Shown piece by piece: positions 12,501 to 23,059 of a stretch of DNA of 64,000 nt. The notes below the pieces were generated by a model that saw only the letters and a program-made list of their open reading frames with translations, made no database searches and was not told the DNA's origin. A program made the translations under genes and the position numbers. Position 1 is the first letter of the stretch, and the number at the start of each line of letters is the position of its first letter. Source of the stretch: Dendrobates tinctorius (lineage: Eukaryota); contig NW_027361863.1 in the NCBI RefSeq assembly GCF_039654945.1, positions 17,422,001 through 17,486,000 of the forward strand, read 5' to 3'.

Positions 12501-15500
12501 GGTGGAGTACATCCTGCAGCTGCCCGTCCCTATGGAGGCCGCATTAAATAAAGGTCAGAAAAGGAGCCAGTCCCATGTGGGGTCGTACGGCGACTGGTCG
12601 TCTACTGAGCTCACCTGTACTTTGTATGTCGTGCAGAGGAGCTCGCTGCCTATGAACAGGCCCGACAACAAGCAGAGCAGGACCACCGGCCCCCTCCCGA
12701 ACTCGTCCGGGCACGAATTCCATTCACATCTTGTCTAGAAGCTTTTGCCGCTCCTGAGCAACTGGACGAATTCTGGAGCGCCGCTCTGCAGGCCAAATCC
12801 ACTGCACTTAAGTAAGGAAGGGTTTGTCTCGCAATACTCCTCATACTTTTTCCAGTTCTCTGCTTGCAGTCTGTGAATGAAATAGTTTTTCTCTTAACTG
12901 TCTGATCTAGTCAGACTCACACAAATATATTACGTGTCCTCCTCCTACCCACACTGATACATTGGAAAAAACTTTTGCTGTGTAAACAGGGCCTTTCTCA
13001 GGAAAGCGATCTATGAAAGTTGACATTCACTGACTCCAAGCACTGATTGTGAAAATGATGAGCAAGAGAAAGAAGTGTCTATTAGATAGATGCACTCCTC
13101 TACAGGGTCAGCTCGCTTTCATCTAGTAGATTTAAGGCATATCTACACGATGATGCTAGTCTCACCTCTGAGCGCTGCATCTATCTAGAGAATGGGGCCT
13201 AGTTATGCAGCGCACAGGTAAGGCATGGTTGCCACACAGGTACGGCGTAGTTTTCTCACAGGTACCAAAGCTGTTTCCGCATCTATCATATATGGAGCGG
13301 AGCAAAAAAATCCCCGGACCCTTGTACATCTTAAGCTCAGTCGCTTTACCGGAGCTACTAACCTGCTCCTAGCTGCTGACATCCCTGATGCCGCTCCTAA
13401 TTAGCAGGTCCTATCATGTCATTACATTGTGACGCTCACACAGCGCCTACTAATCAGAGGAAGCTCCGGTGATGTCACAGGTATTGGGAGGTTCACATAG
13501 TTCTCATTTCGTTTGCCACAAACTGCACCAGGGTCCTACAAATTTTTTTCATGAATTCTTATCTTACTTATACGGCACATTCTGTAGATTTACCATAAGG
13601 CTATGAAATCCCTTTAAATATATGTAAACCCGTGTCATTGTTCCGTTGTTCTAGGACATCCCGCTTTGCCTCATTCCCTGACTACTTGGTCATCCAAATT
13701 AAGAAATTCACCTTCGGTCTAGACTGGGTTCCAAAAAAATTAGGTAAGGACTCAAGATTTCATCCTTGGTTGATAGCAGGGAAGACACTAAAGGCCTCAT
13801 CCAACTCCACCAGCGGATGCCGGCCGTGTTATAAAGCAGACACGTGCCTCTAATAATGAAGACCGGAGTTGGCGCTGGTTCCTGCTGTTAAACATGTCGA
13901 TGTCGCGGTCAGTCACTTAGAGCAACGTTTATGGTTCCTTTAGGCCTGCGTAAGTCAAGAAAAAAATAGCTCACATATTAAAATTAGCTTATTAGAATGG
14001 GTTAAAAAAGCCCTTTAAGTCAGGTCCAGGTTGCATTTCCTCCATCTCGCTCCCTGACCTCTCTCCATCTGATTTATCTGCAGACGTCTCCATCGATGTC
14101 CCGGAGGAGTTGGATCTGTCTCATTTTCGGGGCGGGGGTCTGCAAGGGGATGAAGAAGAACTTCCGGATGTTGCTCCCCCGTTGGTTACCCCAGATGAGC
14201 CCAAAGGTAGCCTTGGTTTCTATGGCAACGACGATGACGACTCATACTGCTCCCCTCACTTCTCCTCTCCGACATGTTAGTGTTTCTGTCTCTTGGGGGC
14301 CATGTGAATGTCGGGTGAGCGGATGTGTGATGTCGGGGCGCCCCCATTAGTCCCCCATCCACCCCCATAGTCCATAACGTTCTTCACCGAGCAGCATCCC
14401 TAATATATAATGCTGATTTCCAGATAATTTTGCCACATCTCCCGTAACTAAAATTTAAAGGGGTGACACGGAATCAACAAACATTGGGCTTAAAGGGGAA
14501 TTCTTGCTCCGAACACGATGCATGATGGTGGGAGGTATTGTGCACCTGTCCTCTTCATCTGGCGGCCATCTGCTACTATTTAGGCCTGTTTCACACTTCC
14601 GTTTTTGACCATCAGTCAAAATCCGCCGTTTAAAAAAAAAACAAAAAAAACGGATCCGTCTAAAAAAAACAACGGTCCGGTGGCATCAGTTACCAACGGA
14701 TCCGCATTCCGCCATTTTGGCGGATTTTAACTCACACAAAAAAAAATGAAGTGTGAAACAGGCCTTAGAGGGTAGTGGGACCCTACCGCTGTGAAGTGAG
14801 TGGTCCTGCTGGTTTCCACACTGTTGTAACCCGCTTTAATTAAAAAAAAAAAAAAAACCTCTAAAATTCATATTCCTTCTGTAAGATCCAGACATTGTAC
14901 CGGAGCTGCAGCCACTCACAGGCACAAAGGATCCATTATGCAAGTTTGTGGCTTGGCTTGTATTAACGGGGTTGTCCGGGATTTAAAAAAAATAGAGCGC
15001 CACCCCTGTTTGTGGGTGGTACTGCAGCTTTGCTCCATTCACTCAATGCCAGACACAAAACTTGTGCGCAAAAAAAATCCCTGTATCTTGGAGACCAAGT
15101 GCAGTGGCAGCATTGCTTTCTGTGGATTTCTCCACTGTCGTCCTATGGGGGGGCAGTATGGTACTGCATGACAGCCATGCATGACATGAGTGACTGTGTC
15201 GGGGGGAAGAGGGACCGCCTCTGGGATTTCTTTCTCTGTCTCTTTGCTCTCCCCTTTGGGGCGGTCACTGAACCCCATTAATTGTAGGACGCCACATCCC
15301 GGCTCTTATCTATTCACTTCCCTACCTCCCCCTGTCCGCACAGCGCCCATGCTGGATGAGTCGGTGGTCACGCAGCTGGTGGAGATGGGATTCCCGACTG
15401 AAGCGTGTCGCAAAGCCGTCTACTACACCGGCAACAGCGGTGCAGAAGCCGCCATGACGTGGGTTATGTCACACATGGACGACCCAGGTAATATATGGCG

Positions 15501-16159
15501 CAGAGCCTGCAGGCTGTCGTACATTAAAGTTTGCTTAAAGGGGTATTCCTGCCTCATAGAGTAATGACATGTTGCTAGGATATTGATGGGAGTAAAACCA
15601 TTGAGCCCCCCACTAATTCTGAAAATTAATGGGGCGCCCCTGCACGTAGCCCCCCGGGCCAACGCCTGCACAGGGGGAGACACAGGGCGTGATGCAGAAT
15701 AAGTGCTGTGAACCCCATGACTCTCGATGTTCGTCCTCCATAGTGTTGGCTTATTCTAGTGATGTCCTGTCACTTCACATCAAAAGGGAAGAACCCTTTA
15801 ACCCCTTCATGACATGGCGATTTTCTGTTTCTTCGTTTTTGTTCTTTTCCTCCCCTTCTTCCAAGAGCCATAACTTTTTTTTATATTTTTTTGTGTCCAC
15901 ATAGACATATAGGGGCTTGTTTTTGCACAACAAGTTGTACTTTTCAATGACCCCATTCATTATACCACATAGTGCACTGGAGAAAAATTCCAAGTGCGTT
16001 GAAATTGCAAAAAAAAAAAAAGTGCAATTCCACAATTGGATTTTGGTTTTTTTATTTACCATGTTCACTATATGGTAAATCTGACCTGGAAGTAGTATTC
16101 CCCAAGGCAGTACGCAGTACGGTAAACATGCATAGTGTTTTTTTGTTTGTTTTTAAGTA

Positions 16160-16197
<38 letters not shown>

Positions 16198-19100
16198 GTA
16201 AAAAACAAAAAATTTGCTTTTGTTGCCATTTTCCGAGACCCGCAATGCTTTCATTTCCAGAGATCAGAGGCTGGGTGACTGCTTATTTTTTTACGGCCTG
16301 AGCTGACATGTTTACTGATATCATTTTGGGGTAGATACAATGTTTTTTATCGCCATTTGTTGCATTTTATTGCAATGTTGCAGTGGCTAAATAATGTAAT
16401 TTTGGAGTTTTTGTTTATTTTTACCAATTGGATTAATTTACTTTATATTTTGATTGTGGATTTTTTTTTTAATTGTTTTATTTTTAATGGGGCAAAAGGG
16501 TGGGCGATTTTAAATGTTTGTGGTTTTATTTTTTCATATTTTTCAAAGCTTTTTTTTTTTTTTTTTTTACTGGATTTAATAGTCTCCTAAAAGCTGCAAT
16601 CATCCAATTGCCTGTGTGACACATAACAGGGCTCCAGTTCTATGTACAGCAAAAATCATGATCTCCTATGAACTTCGGCCCGGGCTGGCGTTTTCAGGAG
16701 TATCCTAGTGCCAGGCACCGGGGTCTGATAAATAACAGAATAACTGCATGATGAGGCCTGCAGCGTTCTGTTATACATTGCTTTTCATCTACTCTCCATT
16801 ATCAAGACCTCTGCTGTCAATGAAAAATTGTTGCTTACTTACAAAGGCAAAAATCTTGTATAGATCTGATGCTTCTCAGAGCTGAGGGTTTGGTACCATT
16901 ACCAGGAAAAAAAGAGGTGAACGCTTGTAATAATCTGACAAAGTCTCTTCTCTCCGCAGACTTTGCTCATCCTTTAGTGTTATCCGGGGTCAGCGCTTCA
17001 CCTTCAGTCCCGACAGGAGGAGACCCCCCATCTGAGGAGCACATAGCCACCATTATATCCATGGGCTTCTCCCAGGAGCAAGCAGTTCGGGCGCTCCGCT
17101 CTACAGTAAGTGCTCCGCGTGCACTCAGTGTCTGTCCTCAGACACCGGACCCCCTGTCTGTGCACCTTACATATGGCCATGATTCCTACAGGATGATGGG
17201 CGGGGGGGATCTTGTCATGTAGGTGCTGGACCCCAATAACTTGCTGATGTCTAATCCCTATAGAACAACAGTCTGGAGCGAGCCGTGGACTGGATCTTCT
17301 CTCACATCGATGACCTGGACGCAGAGGCGGCCATGGACCTGTCAGAAGGACGTTCGGCTGCAGAATCCGTGTCGGAAAGCCTCCCCGCTGCCGGACCTCG
17401 TGTCAAAGATGGGAATGGCCGTAAGTGCTAAATACAGAGCGAGGGTTAGAAACTTCGCAGAGACCAAAAGACGATGGTGGCCTGGCACTGCCCAATGCAT
17501 GAGTATATTTTCTGGCGGCTTAATGCCAGCATACGAAGGGGTGGAAGGAAAGAGACACGGGCAGTTCGGTCTGTAAAATTACACAGTGGGACAGGGGCCC
17601 CTTGTGGAAAGTTTAGAGGCAGGCAGGTTTGGGGGGGTCTCTTAGTATACCCTACATTGGACTCAATTTCCAAGGTTTGGCTTAAAATCAAATAAGAGAG
17701 GTCGGGCACTTATCAATGTACACACCTATTTGGAGTAAGACTTACTCTCAGAATTTGAGTCCCTCATATCATTGGAAAAAGGGGTATACCTCAAAATGGA
17801 TAGAAGTAAATATTTTGATAAATTATGAGGTCCCTGGCTTGGCGGTAACCAGCGATCAGACTCGATCAGATCTTGTTAGATGTGTATCGGTTGCTGTGGA
17901 ATCACTACACATTGCGCTTACAAATGCCAATCGGCTGTGCGCCTTTCGACTGGCCTGACTTATTCTGATGTGTATGGTCATATATCTGTCATATGGTAAT
18001 CTCAATAACAATTGTTAGGGGAGAGGGGGGGTAAACACCTTGGTTGAGAAGGTTATTTGTATATGTGTGTTATAAAATTAATAAAAAATGTACTTGATTA
18101 AAAATAATACAGAGAAGAGGGTAGGGCAGAAAACTAGTATTAGTGGAGAGAGCCCCCATACAGGAAACCACCCCTCCTTCTGCAAAGAGAAGGAGATCAC
18201 TTGCTCGGGTACGGTCACTTGGTGCCATTCAGTCATAGCTTCTCCTGTTGAAAGGAGGGTCCGACCTGATGGCAAGAACCCCTCAATAAAGGCTTTCCCA
18301 GCTGGACATATTTCATTGGTAGATTATCCTAGTTATACTGAGACTCCAGTTTCAGCAAATAAATTCTACATAATTTATGTTGAATCTATTTTATTGAAAA
18401 GAATTTAACATACCGGGTGAGTCATAAAGGACGGACGTTTTTAAACTAATCATAAAATCGTTAAATATTTATTAAATATAAATGTATTCACAGATTTGGT
18501 TACGTATACTAATAGCATTTGACAAATTCAAGTGTGGAAAACAACATCTGCCATGTGGTGGCCATTATCAGTGATGCATTTCCAAAGGCGTTCTTGGAAG
18601 TTGGCATCAACACGTTCCAACACAACTCTGTCGAATTGGGCAACTTCCACTCGAATAGCTTCCTTCAGTTCTTGTAATGATCGAGGCTTAAGCTTGTATA
18701 CACGTGATTTGAGGTGACCCCATAAGTAATAATCGCACATGGACAGGTCTGGGGACCTAGGAGGCCAATTAATATCGCCAAACCTGGAAATGATGCGACC
18801 AGGGAAGAGAGGGCGAAGAACGTTCATTGTTGCTCCGGCTGTGTGGGCCGTTGCCCCATCTTGTTGAAACCACACACTAGAGATGGGGATATGTTGCCGT
18901 CGTAACTCAGGAACAAAGAAGTTATTTATCATGGCGATATAACGTTGTGAGTTCACGGTAACAGTATTGCCATTATCGCCTTCGAAAAAGTACGGACCGA
19001 TCACGCCATATTTGCCCATAGCGCACCACACCGTTACCTTAGGGCTGTGCAGCGGTCGTTCATGTAATTCTTTCGGATTTTCATAGGCCCAATAACGGCA

Positions 19101-22100
19101 GTTCTGCTGATTAACCATGCCATTGACATGGAAATGAGCTTCATCACTCATGAATAAAATAAGGTTGTCGTTTTGCTCAATAATTGCTTCCATCTCATGT
19201 GCGAACTTCAGTCGCGCTGCGTAATCCCCGCGCTCCAACTGTTGCACAATGGCCAATTTATAGGGGTGGAAATGCAGGTCTAAATGCAAAATACGCCTTA
19301 CTGTACGATTACTGAGGGCAAGTTCTAAAGAATGTTTCCGAGCAGATCGACTCGGACTACGCAGCATGGCTTGCCTGACGCGTTCCACATTTTCAGGGGT
19401 ACGTGCCGTTCGTGGAGCCCCCGGTGGTCGTTTGTTCATTAGTGTACCTCGTGTACGGAGTGCTTCAACCCAACGTAGGATAGTGTTACCAGCGGGAACA
19501 GCTTGATTTCTGTGAATATTGAAATGACGCCGAAACTCACGCTGAACGGCTGTGATACACTCATTATTCTTGACAAAACTGTCGTACGCAAAAACGCGAT
19601 GTTCTATCGTCCACGGCACCATAGCTTAAACTGAAACTAACCCCACAAACATAACCCCGCCTCCCGCACATCTCTACCTCCACCTGGTGGTGAGTTATAG
19701 CCACTTCAAATACATCCGTCCTTTATGACTCACCCGGTATAACATACAAGACATAAGGTACAAGATTATACACGGTTATACACTGAGCCATACTGGATCA
19801 AAGCAACATTGGTATGTGTTCAACAACAGTTTGCCCATAACCTGTGAAGGTGTATTGCAAATATCAAAGAGAGAGAGGAATCAGAAAGAGAAAGATAACT
19901 CACAAGGAGTATAGATAGAAAGAGAGAGGGGAGAGAGGCAGAGGGAAAAAAAGGGGGGGGACAGGGGGATGGGTTTCAGACCTCCGAGCCGGCCTCTAAG
20001 AAGTGTTTTCGGTCAATCGAAGTAGTCCAGGCGTCTCCCTGAACACGATCCAGGGCTGCCATGTTCGAATCAAACGGGAATTATCTCCCTCCAATTCAGC
20101 CATCAACTCCTCCATACGAAAAATGTCTATAAACTCTGATAACCACTCTGCTATAGTTGGCTTTGTCGTCGTACGCCAGTGGCGTGGGATCACCATCCTT
20201 GCTGCAGTAATACAAAACCGGAGAAGGCTCTTCTTTTGTGTGGATATGGAACCCGGGAGAATTGATAAAATGGCAATTTGTGGGGAGGGAAGGACACATT
20301 TCCCAGATATCTCCTGGTAGGCCCGAAACACCCCTTCCCAGAAGGGTCGTACAGCAGGGCATTGCCACAAGATATGGTATAGTGTGCCCCTCTCCATTGT
20401 ACAGCGCCAACATGTATCATCCAATGTCAGGAAGATGGACTTCAATCTAACGGGGGACAGATACCACCTAGTCAGTATCTTATAATTTTTCTCCTGAGCG
20501 CCCCCGGCCGGAGACATTTTATGTGTAAAAAGAAAAGCTTTGTCAAGGTCTTCCTTCGAAAATTTGCAGCCCATCTCCTCCTCCCATGCGCGGATGTAAC
20601 TTGGAACCCCTTCCGAGTCCCCTGAGTGAAGTTCCTTATATAAAAAGGAAATCAGATGTGAGGGAGGGTCCTGCATTTGTAAGAGAGCTTCCAGCCGCGT
20701 CATGGGAGGGCGAGAAGCACGGTCGACCAAACGTCCCCGTATAAACGATCTCAACTGGTTATATTCCAACCAGGAGAGTGACCTATTGGGGAACATTTCC
20801 CGCAAGGCGTCCCACGTCGGGAAATTTCCGTCTACTAGTATCTGTCCCAGTCGTAAGTCAGAACTCCTATGCCAACCTAAAAATTGGTCTCTGTGACACC
20901 CTGGAGGAAAGTCCGGATTACCAAATATTGGTGACAGTGGGTTCAAATTGCTGATCAGTTTCTTTTTATGTTTAACACGATTCCAGATCTGTAGAACTTC
21001 TCGAGTCAAGAAACCTTATAGTCATTTGCGACCTGTTCAGTTCGTGTGATCCACGGGAGATGACGCAATGGGACGCCGAAAGACGCCTGTTCCAATTGAA
21101 CCCATTGTTTAGAACGGTGGCCGAACTGCCAGTCAAACAGACGTGCAAGTAGGGAAGCTCTATGGTAGAGTTCCAGGTCAGGGAGGCCCGCTCCACCTCT
21201 GGGTTTCGGGGCGGTTAGAATAGAATATTTAAGACGAGGTTTAGATGTCTGCCAGGTAAAGCGGATTAACGCAGATCTAATGGTCTGAAAGAATGTCTTC
21301 GGCGGCACAATCGGGACCGCCTGGATTAGGTATAAGAACCTAGGAAGAATGTCCATTTTAAATGAATTCATCCTGCCAAACCATGAGATGTTCTTCAGTC
21401 CGTATTCCCTCAACCGTTTCAGAGTCGACTCCAACAAAGGCACATAATTTAATTTATATAAGTCAGTTGTGTCAGTAGGAATTTGAATGCCTAAATATTG
21501 AATGGCCCCAGTCTTCCACCGAAAGGGGAAATTTCCCATAAGTCTTGTAAGTTCTGTCTGTCCTAGGGATATGTTAAGGGCTTCAGTTTTCTGAAAGTTA
21601 ATCTTAAAATTACTGACCGCTCCGTATTTTTGGAACTCTTCCATCAATGATGGGAGGGTAATATGTGGCTGGGATATATACAGTAAGAGGTCGTCCGCAT
21701 AAAGAGAGACCTTATAATGAATATTATCTACCCATAGACCGTGTACACTAGGGTTCTTCCTGATCGCCACTGCCAAGTGCTCCATAACTATCGCGTATAA
21801 AAGGGGCGACAAAGGGCACCCTTGCCTGGTCCCGTTCCCAATGGTCATAGAGCCCGACATTGCTCCATTTACCTTGACCCTAGCCGACGGGCCAGAGTAT
21901 AGGGCTGCAACCCTATGCAGGAAACGGTTTCCCAGGCCTATCTGTCGTAGAGCCGAGAACATGAAGCCCCAGTGCACACGGTCAAAGGCTTTCTCCGCAT
22001 CCATCGACAGTAAATTCTACATAATTTAATGAAAAGTGTACATATTTCTAATGATTTTTCCAATGATACATTCACTGTGCATGGGACTGCCGGAGACAGC

Positions 22101-23059
22101 AGCGCTGCAGTCCCATGGACAATGAATGGAGCGGTGCCATTTCAGAGACCCTCCCAGAGAGCAGCAGGATTGCCCACCGACTCTCCACAGAAGGTGGCAG
22201 GTCTCAGGGAAGGTCCCATTTATTCCCATTGAAAACGCCTGCACACTCGGCAAGGCCTAGCATGCATGTGTGTGAGGTGTCAGGAGGAATGGCCGGCCTT
22301 AGTCGCAGGATCTCAAATCATATTTCCTATGGACATGCTTCCTGGCCCCGGTCTGCTGCCGTCCGCCTCTCACTCTGGGCGGCACATCTTCACATAACTG
22401 GGTTCTGATTTATGTTTTGTATCTTTTTATATCGCAGGATACGAGCTGTTCGCATTCGTCAGTCACATGGGAACGTCCACCATGTGTGGTCACTACGTAT
22501 GTCATATAAAGAAAGATGGACGGTGAGATCTTTGTGTGCTCGTCACTTAGATGTGACTGACGTGATGTCTCCTCTCCTTGTTTTCGCGTCTAGAGCCTGT
22601 TCTTCTATGTCTATACTTTCCAGAATGCACGTCATCTCTTCAGGGTCTTACACCTGCGTGCTATAAGCAGATAGTCCTGCGGCATGTGCGCCTGCTTCTC
22701 CCCCCTGTGGCGTGCGAGCCTGCTTCTCCCCCCTGCGGCGTGCGCGCCTGCTTCTCCCCCCTGCGGCGTGCGCGCCTGCTTCTCCCCCCTGCGGCGTGCG
22801 CGCCTGCTTCTCCCCCCTCCCCCACTTCCTGTTTCCTCTTTGCCTCCCCTCCTCCTGTTCCCTTCCCGCCTCGGTCCTCGCCTCCTGTTCCCTCCCCTCC
22901 TCGGTCCTCGCCTCCCTCCTGTTCCCTCTGTTTCTGACAATTATTCTTGTTTTTCTCATCTGCAGGTGGGTGATCTACAATGACCAGAAGGTCTGCGCAT
23001 CTGAGAAGCCTCCAAAAGACCTTGGTTATATTTACTTCTACCAGCGTGTGCAGAGCTAA
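409..23059 (+). CDS. USP5: Ubiquitin carboxyl-terminal hydrolase 5 (isopeptidase T), complete 20-exon gene
   Basis: Exons 409-516, 6125-6250, 6660-6726, 7860-7993, 8139-8284, 9169-9353, 9918-10012, 10084-10277, 10604-10675, 10781-10856, 11200-11325, 12400-12553, 12637-12811, 13655-13743, 14084-14275, 15344-15487, 16960-17105, 17264-17420, 22438-22522, 22966-23059. All introns are GT-AG; exons sum to 2565 nt = 854 aa + stop. Contains ZnF-UBP ([15 protein letters not shown]), Cys box (NLGNSCY), two UBA domains, His box ([11 protein letters not shown]) and C-terminus [11 protein letters not shown]. Confidence 0.98.
790..1420. repeat. Degenerate ~101-bp tandem array, probably MITE-derived
   Basis: GGACCCCCC..TGTCCGTGTGATCACAGGGGTCCGAA recurs at ~920, 1020, 1121, 1223 and 1324. 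Confidence 0.75.
1980..2175. mobile_element. Palindromic MITE (PIF/Harbinger-like)
   Basis: TIR GGCCGGGGTCACACTTGCGAGAAACTCGCACGAG / CTCGTGCGAGTTTCTCGCAAGTGTGACCCCGGCC. Confidence 0.8.
2235..2746 (+). repeat. 5' LTR
   Basis: TGTGATGG...GCGACA, near-identical to 4705-5217; contains AATAAA. Confidence 0.93.
2749..2766 (+). other. Primer binding site complementary to tRNA-Leu 3' end
   Basis: TGGTGGCAGCGGTGGGAT is the reverse complement of ...ATCCCACCGCTGCCA-CCA (recalled vertebrate tRNA-Leu AAG/TAG 3' end); lies 2 nt after the LTR. Confidence 0.8.
2784..3839 (+). CDS. Retrotransposon Gag (SCAN-like capsid domain, CCHC zinc knuckle)
   Basis: ORF 2751-3839 (first ATG 2784). [34 protein letters not shown] resembles SCAN; [14 protein letters not shown] is a CCHC knuckle. 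Confidence 0.85.
   Translation: MENHSQSEYRNWTVCSLQERARDLGLNHQGLTKEVLIDLLVGASPATPSQMSEGRALETGIPIQKSQWVLWYEEEMAVLGPGVSQEYKEEAARLAQRRQAMELERGSNAMWSVNPTIWEPVRITGTEFKPFDEASGDVEGFFTDFEQQCAVMEVPHSSWMRLLVGLLNGSLAEAYRTIDAQRNRDYNILKHAITPDSYRAKFRDLPCTTGGSFRMYAHKMSQACRRWLAAENAFTVEDVIQAFLIEQFLAKCPAEVREWVRERMPCTVDRAAALADEALTIRPQWRRLLDNEPRPAPRPPQIISALPPSRKPMTITSPNHGLQQFRTRPGGITERRCYACGQPGHLQFGCP
3975..4624 (+). pseudogene. Pol remnant: aspartic protease plus integrase C-terminal fragment
   Basis: [10 protein letters not shown] protease motif and ILLAND; in another frame [18 protein letters not shown]...[21 protein letters not shown], typical of the Gypsy integrase tail. Confidence 0.75.
4705..5217 (+). repeat. 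3' LTR
   Basis: Preceded by G-run PPT, followed by TSD GAAGT. Confidence 0.93.
5287..5496. mobile_element. Palindromic MITE (PIF/Harbinger-like), related to 1980-2175
   Basis: TTA flanks both sides; TIR GGCCGGGATCACACTACCGTGTGTGATGCGAGAAACTCGCACGAG. Confidence 0.82.
6125..6250 (+). CDS. USP5: USP5 exon 2
   Basis: [17 protein letters not shown]...[12 protein letters not shown] bounded. Confidence 0.95.
6660..6726 (+). CDS. USP5: USP5 exon 3
   Basis: [27 protein letters not shown] bounded. Confidence 0.93.
7860..7993 (+). CDS. USP5: USP5 exon 4
   Basis: MEGGFD...LPEMVRDR. Confidence 0.95.
8139..8284 (+). CDS. USP5: USP5 exon 5
   Basis: [34 protein letters not shown]...RIPP. Confidence 0.95.
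8621..8860 (+). mobile_element. 5'-truncated tRNA-derived V-type SINE
   Basis: B-box GGTTCAAATCCC, core GAGTTTGTATGTTCTCCCCGT..TGCGTGGGT, A/T-rich tail; same family as 50933. Confidence 0.8.
9169..9353 (+). CDS. USP5: USP5 exon 6 (ZnF-UBP)
   Basis: [16 protein letters not shown]...[10 protein letters not shown]. Confidence 0.96.
9918..10012 (+). CDS. USP5: USP5 exon 7
   Basis: [32 protein letters not shown]. Confidence 0.96.
10084..10277 (+). CDS. USP5: USP5 exon 8 (catalytic Cys box)
   Basis: [19 protein letters not shown]...[13 protein letters not shown]. Confidence 0.96.
10604..10675 (+). CDS. USP5: USP5 exon 9
   Basis: [24 protein letters not shown]. Confidence 0.93.
10781..10856 (+). 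CDS. USP5: USP5 exon 10
   Basis: [25 protein letters not shown]. Confidence 0.93.
11200..11325 (+). CDS. USP5: USP5 exon 11
   Basis: [42 protein letters not shown]. Confidence 0.96.
11363..12346. mobile_element. hAT (hATm-like) foldback non-autonomous DNA transposon
   Basis: TIR TAGGGTGACCG / CGGTCACCCTA, 8-bp TSD GTGCACAG (11355-11362, 12347-12354), ~357-bp inverted arms carrying a transposase-like fragment. Confidence 0.88.
12400..12553 (+). CDS. USP5: USP5 exon 12
   Basis: [23 protein letters not shown]...PMEAALNK. Confidence 0.96.
12637..12811 (+). CDS. USP5: USP5 exon 13
   Basis: [15 protein letters not shown]...[40 protein letters not shown]. Confidence 0.95.
13655..13743 (+). CDS. 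USP5: USP5 exon 14
   Basis: [29 protein letters not shown]. Confidence 0.96.
14084..14275 (+). CDS. USP5: USP5 exon 15 (long form; alternative donor after 14206)
   Basis: [17 protein letters not shown]...VTPDEPK then [23 protein letters not shown]; donors GTAGCC at 14207 and GTTAGT at 14276. Confidence 0.93.
14583..14764. mobile_element. MITE (PIF/Harbinger-like)
   Basis: TTA flanks; TIR GGCCTGTTTCACACTTC / GAAGTGTGAAACAGGCC. Confidence 0.8.
15344..15487 (+). CDS. USP5: USP5 exon 16 (UBA1)
   Basis: [47 protein letters not shown]. Confidence 0.96.
15802..16730. mobile_element. AT-rich non-autonomous piggyBac-like fragment
   Basis: Starts TTAA|CCCCTTCATGAC; a similar stretch begins near 43980; right end approximate. 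Confidence 0.45.
16960..17105 (+). CDS. USP5: USP5 exon 17 (UBA2 start)
   Basis: DFAHPLVL...[18 protein letters not shown]. Confidence 0.95.
17264..17420 (+). CDS. USP5: USP5 exon 18
   Basis: [33 protein letters not shown]...GPRVKDGNG. Confidence 0.95.
17440..18105 (+). mobile_element. Probable 5'-truncated LINE (L1-like) 3' end
   Basis: Flanked by direct repeat AATACAGAG (17431-17439, 18106-18114); ends with AATAAA and an A-rich tail. Confidence 0.5.
18413..19737 (-). mobile_element. Full-length Tc1/mariner DD41D (rosa/Visitor-type) transposon
   Basis: TA TSD (18411-12, 19738-39); 23-bp perfect TIR CCGGGTGAGTCATAAAGGACGGA; intact transposase. Confidence 0.95.
18528..19622 (-). CDS. DD41D transposase, 364 aa
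   Basis: N-terminal HTH region; [31 protein letters not shown]; 41 residues counted between the 2nd and 3rd catalytic Asp. Confidence 0.95.
   Translation of the reverse strand: MVPWTIEHRVFAYDSFVKNNECITAVQREFRRHFNIHRNQAVPAGNTILRWVEALRTRGTLMNKRPPGAPRTARTPENVERVRQAMLRSPSRSARKHSLELALSNRTVRRILHLDLHFHPYKLAIVQQLERGDYAARLKFAHEMEAIIEQNDNLILFMSDEAHFHVNGMVNQQNCRYWAYENPKELHERPLHSPKVTVWCAMGKYGVIGPYFFEGDNGNTVTVNSQRYIAMINNFFVPELRRQHIPISSVWFQQDGATAHTAGATMNVLRPLFPGRIISRFGDINWPPRSPDLSMCDYYLWGHLKSRVYKLKPRSLQELKEAIRVEVAQFDRVVLERVDANFQERLWKCITDNGHHMADVVFHT
19996..22004 (-). pseudogene. L1 ORF2 fragment (RT + C-terminal domain) with one frameshift near 21006-21009
   Basis: ORFs 21006-22004 and 19996-21009 are consecutive ORF2 segments. 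Confidence 0.88.
22438..22522 (+). CDS. USP5: USP5 exon 19 (His box)
   Basis: [28 protein letters not shown]. Confidence 0.96.
22677..22820. repeat. 29-bp GC-rich minisatellite in USP5 intron 19
   Basis: CCTGCGGCGTGCGCGCCTGCTTCTCCCCC x ~5. Confidence 0.85.
22966..23059 (+). CDS. USP5: USP5 exon 20 (last coding)
   Basis: [30 protein letters not shown]. Confidence 0.96.

Larger units (their letters stand above)
18378..22010 (-). mobile_element. 5'-truncated L1 LINE interrupted by a mariner insertion
   Basis: 18-bp TSD TAAATTCTACATAATTTA (18360-18377, 22011-22028); RT motifs [24 protein letters not shown]; C-terminal CWRC...HILWQC; AATAAA near the 3' end. Confidence 0.92.
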
